From: Somniosus microcephalus
Lineage: Eukaryota
Assembly: GCA_052327205.1 (NCBI GenBank)
Contig: CM126228.1
Coordinates: 21,142,001 to 21,206,000 of the forward strand
Length of the DNA stretch: 64,000 nt
Reading direction: 5' to 3'
Part shown: positions 1 through 12,127 of the stretch, in pieces
Position numbering within the stretch: the stretch's first letter is position 1
Layout: the number at the start of each line of letters is the position of its first letter
Program-made: the position numbers and the translations under genes
The notes under the pieces: generated by a model
Seen by the model: the letters and a program-made list of their open reading frames with translations, nothing else
Database searches by the model: none
What the model was told of the DNA's origin: nothing

Positions 1-1394
1 TGTCAAGATTTTATACAAACATACCATCTTTCAAGTGTATCATTTGTTGTCAAACAACTTTCCTCTGATGAAAGATCCCACAGGATTGTCCTGAAAATAT
101 AGCAACACTATTTTTAAATTAGACACAACAATATATGTGAGATCAGTGGCTGTAAAGGTATATTTGAAAAACTCAACTTTTGAAAAAAAAATGTTATCAA
201 GTGATTTTGATATTAAAAGCTGAAAATCTTCTGCCAGGAGATTATTTAAAAATATTTAAGCAAGTTGGGACTGTTGGTACAGTGCTTTAAAACACGATCC
301 TTTCACTCTGTGGATATTTAGTCCCAACCCATCCTTGACTGATAGGAAGAAATTCTCTTTGTGCCACATGAAATGAGATTGGGTATTCGCAACCCAGTTC
401 TGAGTGGCCAGAAACACACAACATAAAACTGTCCATAATTTAGGATAAACTGGCACCAGCAATCTCACTCAGAGGACTGTAGGATGGCTGGTGGAGGTAG
501 CGGAAAATACACATTTGTGTAAATGGGAAGTTTTCTGTGGTTGGATTAAGGTGCAATTTGGGGGCAGAGTAGAGGACGCTTTACTTTCTGTCTGCCTGGT
601 GCCATATCTGACCTGGGACTGTTTGGTGTCAACACTGGGTGCCAAAGAGAGAAATATCCCATTCTCCAGATATCGCTCACCTTATACAGTACAACACAAA
701 ATTCCACCTGAATATATACATATAGAAAGGAACATCAGCATATAACATTGTTTATGCTTGGCAAAATTAGAGTGGGCCTGATGAAGAATGCATCAACGAC
801 CATTTCCATACCTGCTGAGTATCTGCATTTCAGCAACCAGCTGCAGAATTGTCTTGATCAGCTGCTGATGAAATTCATTTAAACTCACTTCCAGAATTCA
901 CCATAGGAGCAAATACAGAATGAAAAGAGGTAGAGTCATGACAGAGTAAAAAGAGAGCAATGATAAATTAAGGTAAAAAACTTTTGGCAGTAGTGGCAGG
1001 CTCCTGGGTAGAGCTCTGGTTTCGGAGGGCAGCATGGGCAGGAGGTATAACTCAGCACTGTTGGCCGACACCACTTCAAAACTGATATTGGTATCATACC
1101 AATGTCATAACTGCATCAGAATGTTGTGATATGAGCAATTGAATGCATTGGTAGGAAATTCCTTTTTTCCCCATTATTTAACTGTGGCATTTGCCCATTT
1201 ATTCTAACTGTAGACAACTAAGGCCACACAGTACATTTCACACCATATGTTACTCAGAACTGCTCTTCATTTAATGTAGCAAGTTGAAATGGAATTTCAG
1301 GATTGGCAACTCGATGAAACCTTTTGTTGTTGCACATGATATTGTCGCCTAAATAAACTTAGGGCCATAAATTTAGGATTGATGCTAACAGCGT

Positions 1395-1590
1395 AAAGCG
1401 AAAGGCTAGAAGATTTTTTTGCACAAAGGGTGATTAGAATTTGGATTGCATGGATCAACAGTTGAAGAGGCAAAATATTAAAGGGTATGGAGAAAAAACA
1501 TGTAAAGTAGATCACGTTGGTATGGAAATAACATTGGTATAGGCATACCAGGCCCAATGGCCTCCTTTTGTGCTGAAATTTATATTATGG
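1395..1590 (+). mobile_element. Degenerate CR1 LINE 3' fragment
   Basis: Resembles the CR1 3' ends elsewhere in this window (ttttttgcacaaagggtgattagaatttgg...aagggtatggag...ggcccaatggcctccttttgtgctg). Confidence 0.5.
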
Positions 1591-1639
1591 TTTTATAATT
1601 AGGTTACAACCAAAATCTTTGGTGGAACATATACTCTAT

Positions 1640-2400
1640 GGGCCGTATTTTCCGATTGGAGGCTTCCTGCGTGTGGAGGCTTCCGATCTGGAAAAATCTA
1701 CAAACTTACTTGAGGGCTCCCGAGGCACCTATACTTCCGATCCCGGGCCTCTCCAAACTCCGAGTGCGCAGGGCCCACGTATCCCAGGGGCGCGGGCAAT
1801 TCACAAGCGTCCCTGGGATCACGTGGGCCATGGGAAGCCAATCACAGAAGGGAATCTCCCTTCATACACTTGATAGATAGAGCTGTCAAATATATGAATG
1901 GAGATCACCCCAAAAACATAGTAAAACATTAAATACATTTTTTTTAAATCACCTTTTTAAAATTATTTGAAATTGCAATAAATTAAATATTTTAAACAAA
2001 AATTTAATTTTTTGAAAAAATTAAAGTTTTTTTACGGAGCTAAAAATAAACTTACCTTTTTTAAAGTATTTTAAAATGATAAATGAGTGAAAATTAAAAA
2101 AAAAATTTTTTTTCAATTCTTATCTTGGTAAAAGCAGGCCTTACACTTGCTTTTACCAGGCGTAAGAATTCTAAGGGTTTTCTGCGGGTGGAGGGTCTCC
2201 AGAAAGCGCAACTCTCTGCCCGTGGAGGCCCTTCTACAGGGCAGGTGTCCAATCCGTCAAGGGCACGCTTGACAGATCGGAAATGTCGGTTTTCAGCACA
2301 TGCACAGTGCATGCCTGAAACTGGCATTTCCGATGTCCCTACGGGTGCGTGGGTGCGTACACAGCTCATACACACCCGTAGGGATCGGAATATATGGCAA
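1640..2400. mobile_element. Non-autonomous TIR element (MITE-like, probably Harbinger-mobilised)
   Basis: Imperfect TIRs GGGCCGTATTTTCCGAT and (rc) TTGCCATATATTCCGAT, 13/17 identical. CpG-rich arms surround an AT-rich core, with six TTCCGAT/ATCGGAA motifs. Flanks are TAT and TAA. Confidence 0.65.
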
Positions 2401-2699
2401 TAACTCTAATTAGAAGTCGCAGAATGTTGGTCAATTAAAAACATTCCCAAATTATGCTGTTTTGCCTCCCAAAAAAACTCGGGCCTTGAAATATGATGTA
2501 CAATATTAAGTCCCATCATGAATGCCTTTCCATGAAATTCCTTCTTTAACTACTTGAATGGAAGAATTCACTCAATTATAATGAATCAATGCTCCATTCA
2601 AATAGAAAAGGAATTGTATATGAAGTGTTAAGCAGATAAAATCTACGCATCATTTCAAGCCTTGATAGGATTATGTTTTGGTATAATAAGGTGGCTAGA

Positions 2700-3140
2700 A
2701 TAAAAGAAAAAAACTTGCATTTGTATAGCGACTATCATGACATCCCAAAACACTTTACAGCCAATGAAGTACTTTTGAAGTGTAGTCACTGTTGTAATGT
2801 CGGAACCGCAGCAGCCAATATGCACACAGCAAGCTCTCACAAACCGTAATGTGATAATGACCAGATAATCTGTTCCAGCGATCATGATTGAAGGATAAAT
2901 ATTGACAGGAGGAGAACTTATCTGCTCTTCTTCGAATAGTGCCATTGGATCTACCTGAAAGGGCAGATGGGACCTCAGTTTAATGTTTCACCTGAAAGAC
3001 GGCACCTCCGACAGTGCAGCACTCCCTCAGTACAGCACTGGAGTGTCAGCCTAGATTTTGGGCTCAAGTCTCTGGAGTGGGACTTGAACCCACAACCTAC
3101 TGACTCAGAGAGATGGTACCAACTGAGTCGAAGCTGATTG
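2700..3140 (-). mobile_element. tRNA-derived Deu-type SINE with an L2-like 3' tail
   Basis: tRNA-like head on the minus strand (gacttgaacccacaacc...tgactcagag = rc of a B-box region), central gcactccctcagtacagcactggagtgtcagcctaga, and a tail aacttgcattt(g/a)tatagc shared with the L2 ends at about 41745 and 45143. Confidence 0.7.
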
Positions 3141-4375
3141 TAATATCCAGTTATATGAAGAGACAGAAAAGACAAAAGACCATCTACATTTAAAGTGCTG
3201 GAAAATCCAACATTTTATTTACTACATTTTGTGACTACATAAACGCTGAAACATTTTAACACTGAAAAAGCATGATGACATCATCACTTGCTTTTTTGCT
3301 TAGCAAACACAGCAGATGATATTGCACGGCGAATAGTGAGAACAGTAGCAAAGCTTCAAAACTAAAATAAAAAATCTTAATGCAGTACAGGAAAGATACC
3401 TAGAAACAAACCAGAATAATGCCTATTGCATTACACTCGCAGCTACGCACAAAAATACATAAGAAGCGCTTGACTAAGAGAAAGATTGACAAAATATCAG
3501 CAATAAACTGTAATCATATACAATAATCACTTATTTGGAAATGCAGATGCAAACGCATAAACTACTACCGCTTTCTAATTTGCAAAATGTCAGCAAGTTG
3601 TCTTTTATCAAAACCTTTTTTTTTTAAAGCTTTTCTGATTTCATTGCTATGGAAGAACTCCCTCTGGCTCTTGGAAGAGATACTATTATCTACGCACCCT
3701 TCACCTGTTGATTGTCTTAGGCGCTCGCTTTTAGGTATTAACTCCAAGGCAATCTAACTTGAAAGCGGAAGTGCAAAAATGCTGTGCAACTAACCTTTCT
3801 CGAATTAAGCAACAATAAACCTGAAAGTGTGCATTATTGATGAGAAGATGCACGGTGAAGTTCCTTGGACAAGAGCGCAAAGACACTGTCTAAATCCAGT
3901 CTTAAATGCAGCAACGCTTGTTGTTTCGTGTTGGCGGTATACGTTGGAATATTGGTCGCAATGTCTTATTACCATTGATGAATTGCGAACGGAACGCCAG
4001 CAGTTGCCTTAATATTTGATCATTACACTCGTGTTATAACATCTTGGTTACATCCCATGGTTTATTCCATTCCAACATTGTGTGTTTAGCAATATCTTAC
4101 AGCTTATTTTGTTAGTGCAGTTTAATATTGCGCTGTATATTGCACAGTCAGAATGTGGGTATCACCAACCACACACATTTTCGAGTTCATTATTGGTGTA
4201 AAGTATTGCCTTGGAAAATTCCGTTTGTGGACAAATAAAAGGTAACATTCAACCACCTTGGTTGATAGAATCATTCAAAAAAAAACTTAAAATGAAAGCG
4301 ATTATAAACAAAGTAACCCAACATACCTCTGTTACTAGGGTGGTTACCCAGCGGGGCACAGCAGAATGATCTCTG

Positions 4376-4576
4376 ATACAAAAGCAAAATACCGCGGATG
4401 CTGGAAATCTGAAATAAAAACAGAAAATGCTGGGAACACTCAGCAGGTCAGACAGCATCCGTGGAGAGAGAAACAGAGTTAACGTTTCAGGTCCATGACC
4501 CTTCTTCAGAACATTAACTCTCCACAGATGCCGCCTTACCTGCTGAGTATTCCCAGCATTTTCTGTTTTTATTTTA
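4376..4576. mobile_element. Penelope-type fold-back element (inverted pseudo-LTR halves)
   Basis: About 57-bp inverted repeat (aaataaaaacagaaaatgctgggaacactcagcaggtc...gtggagag versus ctctccacagatg...cccagcattttctgtttttattt). It encloses a hammerhead core; a second copy lies at 43796-43986. Confidence 0.7.
4478..4512 (-). ncRNA. Minimal type I hammerhead ribozyme motif
   Basis: Minus strand GUU-CUGAAGA-AGGGUCAUGGACCU-GAAA-CGUU^AAC: intact CUGANGA and GAAA cores, stem II AGG(G)UC/GACCU, loopless palindromic stem III, and stem I GUU/AAC. Confidence 0.6.
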
Positions 4577-5827
4577 GAATGACCTCTGACCCTATCGTCT
4601 AACATCACTGCGTTAAACGAGTTAAACCAGTCTGCTTCCGGGAAATAAGGACTGCTGGGAGAGAAGTAGTTAGTAAGAAAGATGTATAAAAACACATTAA
4701 AATTGCTGGTAAGTGCGTCAAATACATATTTATTAAAGATGTATAAAACCATGGTGTCGAAAACAACTTAAAAAAAAATTTCCTCCAAGGTCGGATATTA
4801 CCTTTTTTATATATAACTTTGACGGGGTGGCCACTGTTCCAACAATGCTCGCCCCACAGGCATTTACACTTCAGGAACCCCCCAGGAGATTTCGGTGTAT
4901 GTAGTCCGACCTGAACTAGCTAAATCAACGATATTCCCCTCGAACACTAGTATGAGATAAAGTGGAGAGTTTCCAGCGTCAAGTTAGCTTGCCTGTAAAG
5001 TTCTACGCCCTCTACTTTCTATGCCCGTGCGAATGACAAATTAAAACTTTAATGGTTATACTTCACACACCCCAGTGCTTTAAAACGTTAAACAAATTTA
5101 AGATTCTTTGGATGTGCGGTCTTTCTTGCGAAAGGACCCTGCCTTTGTATATATTTTTTAAACATAAAAAAACGAGACTTTAAACATAGCGTAAGAGCCT
5201 TCTAAGTGACGAAGTGATATCTTGAACCTTGTTTTTTTTTGGCATTTTAATTTGTTGGGATCTGGCAGTGTTTGTAACACCCGAAGTGCCTGCTAAGATA
5301 TCTCGGAAGATGTTCGGCTCTGCAAGTCATACAGCATTTTTTTTTCTTCATCAGCTTTCTCTGAACATGAGAACAGAACTCTTTACCTGCAGATTGTATC
5401 AGAAAGGTTTGGTTGCTTGAGAAACCTACTATGTACACCATTGGAACAAACACGGATACATAAATTAAGACAGGAATCAAAAAAATATTTACATGAGACA
5501 AACGGGATTAAAATAAATCACAGCACACCAACATTTTTGCAGGAAATACTGACACGTATCTTAGCAGAGAATGGCTTACCCTGTAAAAAGGACTACTAAT
5601 AAAACACAAAAGCCCAGTTTAATTGAAAAGAAAAAAAATCAGGTTTCCTCCCACAACCAACCCCACACAACCCCCTCATCGCCAAAATACTTCTTCCTCG
5701 AGCGCATCAGAGTTCTGCCAAATCTACAAAATAAATAATTATAAAGCTTTGAAGTAACGTTAACAATTATCAAACTATTAAGTTCTGCCTTATCACATAG
5801 ACTCTCTATACAACATAACCCTAAAGA

Positions 5828-8800
5828 TTTATTACTATGAGGTATCTTGAGAAATTGGTTAAAGGATGCACGGCCTCCGTTTGTGTGGATACTCTAGGAC
5901 GCAAAAAAGAGCTTTGGTTGTCAGCAAAAAGTGGAAATATCCTTTGGTATCAAAGAAAGTTTCATTGCATGGTTGCACTGCAAAGCACCACGGTGAAAAG
6001 TTATTCCATTTTTCTTTAAATAGTGGCCTTTCTAGAGGCTGAGGTATTCAAGAGTAAGGTGAGAAGAGGTCAACAGCGGTTTAACACTTTGGTTCAAGCA
6101 AGGCACTCGTCCTATGATTTTACAAATTTTGCAATATGTTTGCCTATAGCTTTTTATGAAGAAAACTTCACACTGAGTGACAGTTGAGGGTTTAAGGAAA
6201 GAACGCCGAGTAGCCCACTCACGAAGGCCGTGCAAGAAAAATCTTTGGTATTCTTTGGTATCATCGATGTGATTAAAATCACGAATGGAAATCGAGTGAG
6301 GTAGCATCTTTGGTTCACACTATAAATAGTAGATCTTTACACATTTTTACACGTGGAAGCAGCTATTTTACCTTTGCTTCTTTGTCTTAATACTAGTAAA
6401 TGATTACCAAATGTATCGTAAAGCTAACCACACCACAAGAAACACAAGGCCAGAATATTGTTAAAATCCGGATTATTATCCATCGCAATGGCCTCCTGCG
6501 CATGAACGCACCTGGCTAAATGCCACCTTTGAAAATCCACTAGTACATTCTCTTTGTGCTGGGGGCCTTTTCTTGTTAAAGCGTTAGACAGTTTTCTTTG
6601 GTCGTCATAGAAGGGAATGGGGGGAGTGTAGGGGAAGGAGGATTATAAAATACTCTTCAAATTTATAACGGGAATTTAGTGGTAACATTCACTCAAGGGA
6701 AGATACGAAAACAACTGATAGAAATATATATTTCATATCACCCTAATTTTCCCGGCATGGGGGAGGGGAGATTGAGTGGACAGATAATAATCACAGAATA
6801 TGACTCCGACTCAAACTAAATTTGAAACCCTAAATATGTTTCAACGATTTTCAGAAATGTCACATTAAAGCTGCAAATAAACACCGATGTATTTTCAGAG
6901 AAATGGCGCCAGAGACCTTTCAACACTTTCAAAAGGGTGGGATTTCACACTAGGGAGAAATCGTTAAAAAGTCTAAATGCATTGCAGCATTTTCCTTTCA
7001 GAAAATGAGAGAAAGACAAATTCCTTCAACAGTTTAAATGCACCAATTACTCTTATTTTCTCACGACCTAGGCACCCATTTATGTGCCCCCACGCTCTGA
7101 CTATCACTTCATGATATAATGATATCCAGGTTTTTTTGGTTTTATATATGTACATTGTGTGATCCCCATTTGACAGTTACTTGGTTACAAAACAGTTCAG
7201 TTTTAAAATTGCGAAACAAAATAAACGTGAAGATGAACATTTACTTTGGGGTTTCGCTTGCATATTCAGTTAGAGTTGAGGTAAAGAAGTTATTTTAATG
7301 AGTCCTTTAACTGGAAACGACCATCGTCACAATTGTTGAATATAGTCAATCCTTGTCATGTATGTAAGACACGTGCCATTTACTTTGACAAGCTATAAGA
7401 TATGTCATACCAATGAAAGGGTCATGGCAGAATAGAACAACATTAACAACAGCAGTAGGCTTGTTAAGGCAAATTCAACTTCACCAGGTCGTTCGTCTTC
7501 TACTCCTGAGATTGAGTTATCAGTCTCTCTGCTCAAGCCTGTTTTGAGTCGCATGTACAGGTGTTAAGCCAATAAAGTCCAACCCGTCTATAACAAACAT
7601 TTTACTATTCGTGTGTCATGTCATACGCCCCATTAAGTTGTTGCCCAATCCAAGTACCTTGTTTGCACCATGACCCACTTCAGCTGATGGCACAGCTATG
7701 TGACACGATGGTATCCTGAAAGTGGATACTAAGACAGTCGGTCGGGTTACAAAATGGGCTGGTTTTCCACTGTAGCTCGCCGACTTCTAACACAAGTGCA
7801 ATGTTCCTGAATAAAAAGTTATCTTTGGTTTTTTAGCAGAGACTATACATGAATTTTTTTTAAAGCACAAAGGGTAATATGTAACTGCAACTGGGTGACT
7901 GAAAAGTTGCTTCCTGTCAAGGATAATACAGCTCTTGACCAAAACCTGAAACATATGGTGCTCAGTATCCCAGACTTGTATTGGACAGAGTTTGATCTCT
8001 CTTCTGTTTCACTGTGGGAAACTAACCTGAATCGTGTAACAACCTTTAGTGTTTACAGTATTGAGCAGTAAAGTGCCTCCCTTTTAATTGGTGCATCAAA
8101 ACGGTTTGCTAGTTTTACTGTCAGCATTTGCTGAACGGGAATGTAGAAACAATCCTTGTACTGCACTGACTGCCCAGAGTTAGACACTAAACGCTCCCAG
8201 ATCCCTGGAGACCAAAGTTGTGTAGATTGTTTTGGCAGCGTTGATGGGGTGGGGCGATTGCATCTATTATGGGCCAAGAGTTGAAACTTTCTTAACCAAC
8301 AATTTACCTAGTTCTGCATACTGGTTTTCTTTTTAATGTTTAATGATGAGGGAGTTTTTTATTTTTAAAAAGTGGTTCATTTTTCAGGATTTAATGCTCC
8401 TGGACCAATATATTTAACAAACTCTATAAATGATTATTTCCCTGACACATTGGGTAAGTACGGTTTAAGAGTTATGCTCTGATTATCGTTTTGTAGGTCA
8501 GGGGGTCTTAGAATGTACGATATCAAGGGAGTTAAAGAACTTTGCCCTAAAGCATAACAGACAAGTACTGTAAAATAAGTTAGTCGCGATAGTTTGTGTT
8601 ATTTTGTTCTTAAGTGGGACGCTTTCATATTGAATTCTTGGGTCAAATTTAGGCGAATTTGATATAACGTGTGCTTCCAAATACAGGCTAGACTACACCT
8701 GGTAGCTGTATCAGGAAAGGACTTCTAGTATTAATCACTGATTTGTTGTAACAGTCTGTTCAATGCAGTATTAATCTCTATTAGCGTGTTTGATAATGCG

Positions 8801-9753
8801 GAGCCCATGTGGGAAACCACACCACCCCTAAACACGTTGCCTTGTCTGCTGCGATTTGGATAGCAAGGAACACGGATAGAATGATGCCTAACTGATCCTA
8901 ATATTACTGGCAAATTTCTTTTAACACATAAAACAAAGGTTCTTCAAATACAATACCGTGTCATTAACTTAGTGTGCAAAATACATTCGAATAGAAAATA
9001 ACAAATGATGGATTTCAAAAACTCCCAATAAAATTAATATTTGTGCTTCTTGCGAAATCTCGCGGTCATCTATCCTGCTCTTTGCTATCCAACATAATCC
9101 ACTACACTGGGTTTGGTGTTGTTAAAGATTATTTGGGGCCGTTAGCTGTTGTATAATTGTTGCATTTCGTGCGCCAAGTGGAACAAAGAGGATGTACTAG
9201 TGTGAGGCGACAGAACAGCTCTCAGCACCTTGAACACTGTGCCCAAAATCGGCGCTTCCGGGTTCAAACAGCAAAGAGCTAGAATCCAATCACATTCCAA
9301 ATGAACATAGACGACTCCACAATTGTACGGTCGTGCCTGAGCACAACCTGCAGACCAGCCCCTTGCAAAGTCTCTGGCCACTGGGCCGTACACGGTACTT
9401 TTACAACATACACCTTCATGGTATTCCCGTAGAAGTGAAATGGGTCAATGTTTGAAGTAATGGTCTTTTCATAACAACATGACGATGCTCCCAACGACTC
9501 ACAGCCACACACGTTGAACGATGCTGAGTGTGATGAAAGTGTACGACCAGCGGCTTCTTTCTTACTTTTTTTTTGCAAAAGTCATAATAAAGTGTTGTAG
9601 AACGGAGTCCTAATGCAGGTCAATTAAGTCTTTGGTTTCGTTGGACATATAAATATTATATTGTCTTTGAGTTCAATAATTAAACCTGCTATCTGGAGGT
9701 CCTGGTCATTTATTTTAAAGCTATTCCACCGAGGTTTAGTCCGGGGGTCCCCT
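5828..9753 (-). promoter_or_regulatory. Inferred long ONECUT1 3' UTR with clustered miRNA seed sites
   Basis: Nine miR-9 seed matches on the mRNA strand between 5912 and 9636, plus let-7, miR-124 and miR-218 sites. Candidate AATAAA on the minus strand at 5833-5828. The distal end is uncertain. Confidence 0.6.
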
Positions 9754-10046
9754 TCATGCTTTGGTACAAGTGCTTGATGAGGAAGATGAATTGACTGAGT
9801 TGGTGCTGCCGTCATCCTGCCACTTATCCAAACTCCTCCGGCGCGCGTTCATAAAGAAGTTGCTGACAGTGCTCAGCTCCAGCCCCAGCTGCTGAGAAAT
9901 GGTTATTTGCAATTCTTTGGACGGACGCTTGTTTTCTTTGAATATTGCGTGTAGAGTTCTGCGCTGAACGTCTGTGAAGACCAGCCGAGGCTTTTTGGGC
10001 GTCGCGCCCCTCTCTTTGCCATGCTCCTGCTCTTTTCGTTTGCACG
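9754..10046 (-). CDS. ONECUT1: ONECUT1/HNF6 coding exon 2 (homeodomain and C-terminus)
   Basis: Not in the ORF track in the right frame. After the acceptor cctttgctttgcag| it reads (A)CKRKEQEHGKERGATPKKPRLVFTDVQRRTLHAIFKENKRPSKELQITISQQLGLELSTVSNFFMNARRRSLDKWQDDGSTNSVNSSSSSSTCTKA*, with the onecut-specific FFMN in helix 3. 293 nt; 1090+293=1383 nt = 460 aa + stop, and the phase matches exon 1. Confidence 0.96.
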
Positions 10047-11597
10047 CTGCAAAGCAAAGGAGGTAAAATGAATCGACCAGCCGAAGAAAATATCAGGCAG
10101 TTTCATAAAAAGGAACAGATGTAATGATCTGAACAATATCGAGTTGCATTATTCAGCCCAAGCTCTCTTAGTTTCCAAATAAGATCCCAATTAGTCATTT
10201 AACGATTCGAGATTTCTTCCTCAAGGAGCTATATGTCAATTTCGGGTCGATTACTGACAACAATTTAAATGTAACCAGTTGTATGTGAGTGGGGATATTG
10301 ACTGAACGGGAGTCCTCAGTGAAAGAGATCTCTGGAGAAAAATTTAAATATATGTAAAGATTTACACAAGTGGCAGGATTAAAGTCCCCCAGCACAGGAC
10401 GAAGGAATGTATTCTTTTATAAACAAGGATATTACAGCAACGTCGGCCATGCACGTCACTGCTTGCAACGAGAAGCAAGGATTGGGATTATGGAACGGCC
10501 ATTTGGGCCATCCATCTCATTCTGATCATTAAGTCTAGACTAGTTTTCTGTGCTGCCTTTTCTAATACCATTTCACTCCAAGTGCAAGTCCATATCTTCA
10601 CTTCTCTTCCTATTCAGGAATTCGCCCAACTCTGTAGAATCAAGTTAGGATTAGGGTTAGGGAATAACCTGTTCTTGGTATCATCTTGTCTCCCAATCTG
10701 ACACCTTTCATGTGCGAATACTGATACCAGAATTTGTTTTAAGGGTGGAGAGCTTTTTGAATATTTTTTGTCGGGGGAAATAAGCCTGTTGGAAAAAGCT
10801 TCGTTGCTGATACAGATAAGGAATGGATATTTCTATTAGATTCCTAATAATAGCAAAATGCTGTTCTACTGGAGAGCCCAGGTATATCAGATAGATGGTG
10901 CAGCTCTAACTGAATTCAAATCTATTACTGCAATTAAAATCTAACGACTACTTTCAAAAGGAACTACTTATTAAAGACAAATTATAGATTGACTTGATAA
11001 ACAGAATTGTTATCTATCAAACACTGACCCAAGTGAAATTGTTTTACAGTTTCTGCCGATAGATTAAACAGTCTTGTACCACAGTGCCTTTATCTTAAAT
11101 CCGTTTTACAAATACAGCAAAACCAAATATTTTAAACTTTCAAATTGCACTTGAGGCCGTTCGCTCAATGACACAATGGCGGTCTTTACAAATTGATGTA
11201 ATATTACTTAGAATTCAACCTTTGTCTCTTGCTTGTACTCACCACAATCAAGAAGAAACTGCTTTTCGTTTTGGATTTTTTTTTAAAAATGCACACTGCT
11301 TAGTACAAAGCTTTCAGTTGCCAATGACTACAGTGTAAAATAGAGCTGTGGCTGTCCAATGAAAGATGCTTCAGCGGAGGTCAGAGAGGTGAGAGGCTCA
11401 TTCCACACAGAGAGGCACCTAACCTGCAGCCCAAGATAAAGATAAATCTGCCAAATGTCATTTATCATGGAAATAACTAAGGGGAAGAGGAGGATATCGA
11501 TCAAAATTACTTCACTTAAGGTCGCTGCTTTTAAAAGGATGTGAACTTTAAAAAAATGTTTTGGGTAACCAAACGGAGAAAGAATGAAACTGCGAAC

Positions 11598-11618
11598 TGA
11601 GCTGTCCGTGGTGCTGAA
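11598..11618 (-). promoter_or_regulatory. RE1/NRSE (REST binding site) in the ONECUT1 intron
   Basis: Minus strand TTCAGCACCACGGACAGCTCA matches the canonical TTCAGCACCACGGACAGCGCC at 19/21 positions, with both half-sites and the 2-bp spacer intact. Confidence 0.85.
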
Positions 11619-12113
11619 TCCCATCTCCACGCCCCATTTGGCCAGCGATGCGGCCCGGGGACCCGAGGGTTAAACAGCAGAACTTGCACAGGCGCTGACT
11701 GCTGTGTAAACAGCGTTTGCGCCACTGGTCCCATTTCAACCCTTTCTAAACCAACCTTAGATTGTAAAATTAAGCACTCTGCCCATTGTGATTAAAATAA
11801 TAACCCAATTAATCTCTAATCCCAGCATATTGTCTGTTTTCAGAACAGAGTTGGTTAAAATCTTTCTAAAAGTTGCATTTTATCCCTGCTGACTGTAACT
11901 GGGACAACATCGTCATTAAATCATGGAGGAATTCATAACAATAGAACGGCGCCCTATTCCACGAGACTGCTGCCTCGAGCCAACGTCCAGTGTTTACCCG
12001 TTGTACTAAATTACGTGGGCTTCACTTCACTGCTCACTGTTGCAAACGTAGGTGTTTATATCTCTAAATATTTATTCAGTCCATGACGTAGGGAACTGAA
12101 GCCACAGACTCAA

Positions 12114-12127
12114 CCAGTAGATGGCGG
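12114..12127 (+). promoter_or_regulatory. CTCF motif in the ONECUT1 intron
   Basis: CCAGTAGATGGCGG matches the CTCF core CCASYAGRKGGCR. Confidence 0.6.

Noticed and set aside
60-105. CTGATGA...GAAA hammerhead-like string
   Set aside because: Stems I and III do not pair convincingly; at best a decayed remnant.
480-760. Possible old SINE or repeat fragment (gggcagagtagaggacgctttact...gacctgggactgtttgg)
   Set aside because: Looks repeat-derived, but I cannot define its boundaries or family from the sequence alone.
10047-10130. Possible alternative acceptor giving an HNF6-beta-like linker insertion
   Set aside because: The nearest upstream AG (10130-10129) would add 82 nt, which is out of frame; no supportable extra exon was seen.
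10644-10662. Telomere-like TTAGGATTAGGGTTAGGG
   Set aside because: Only two perfect units; compatible with chance.
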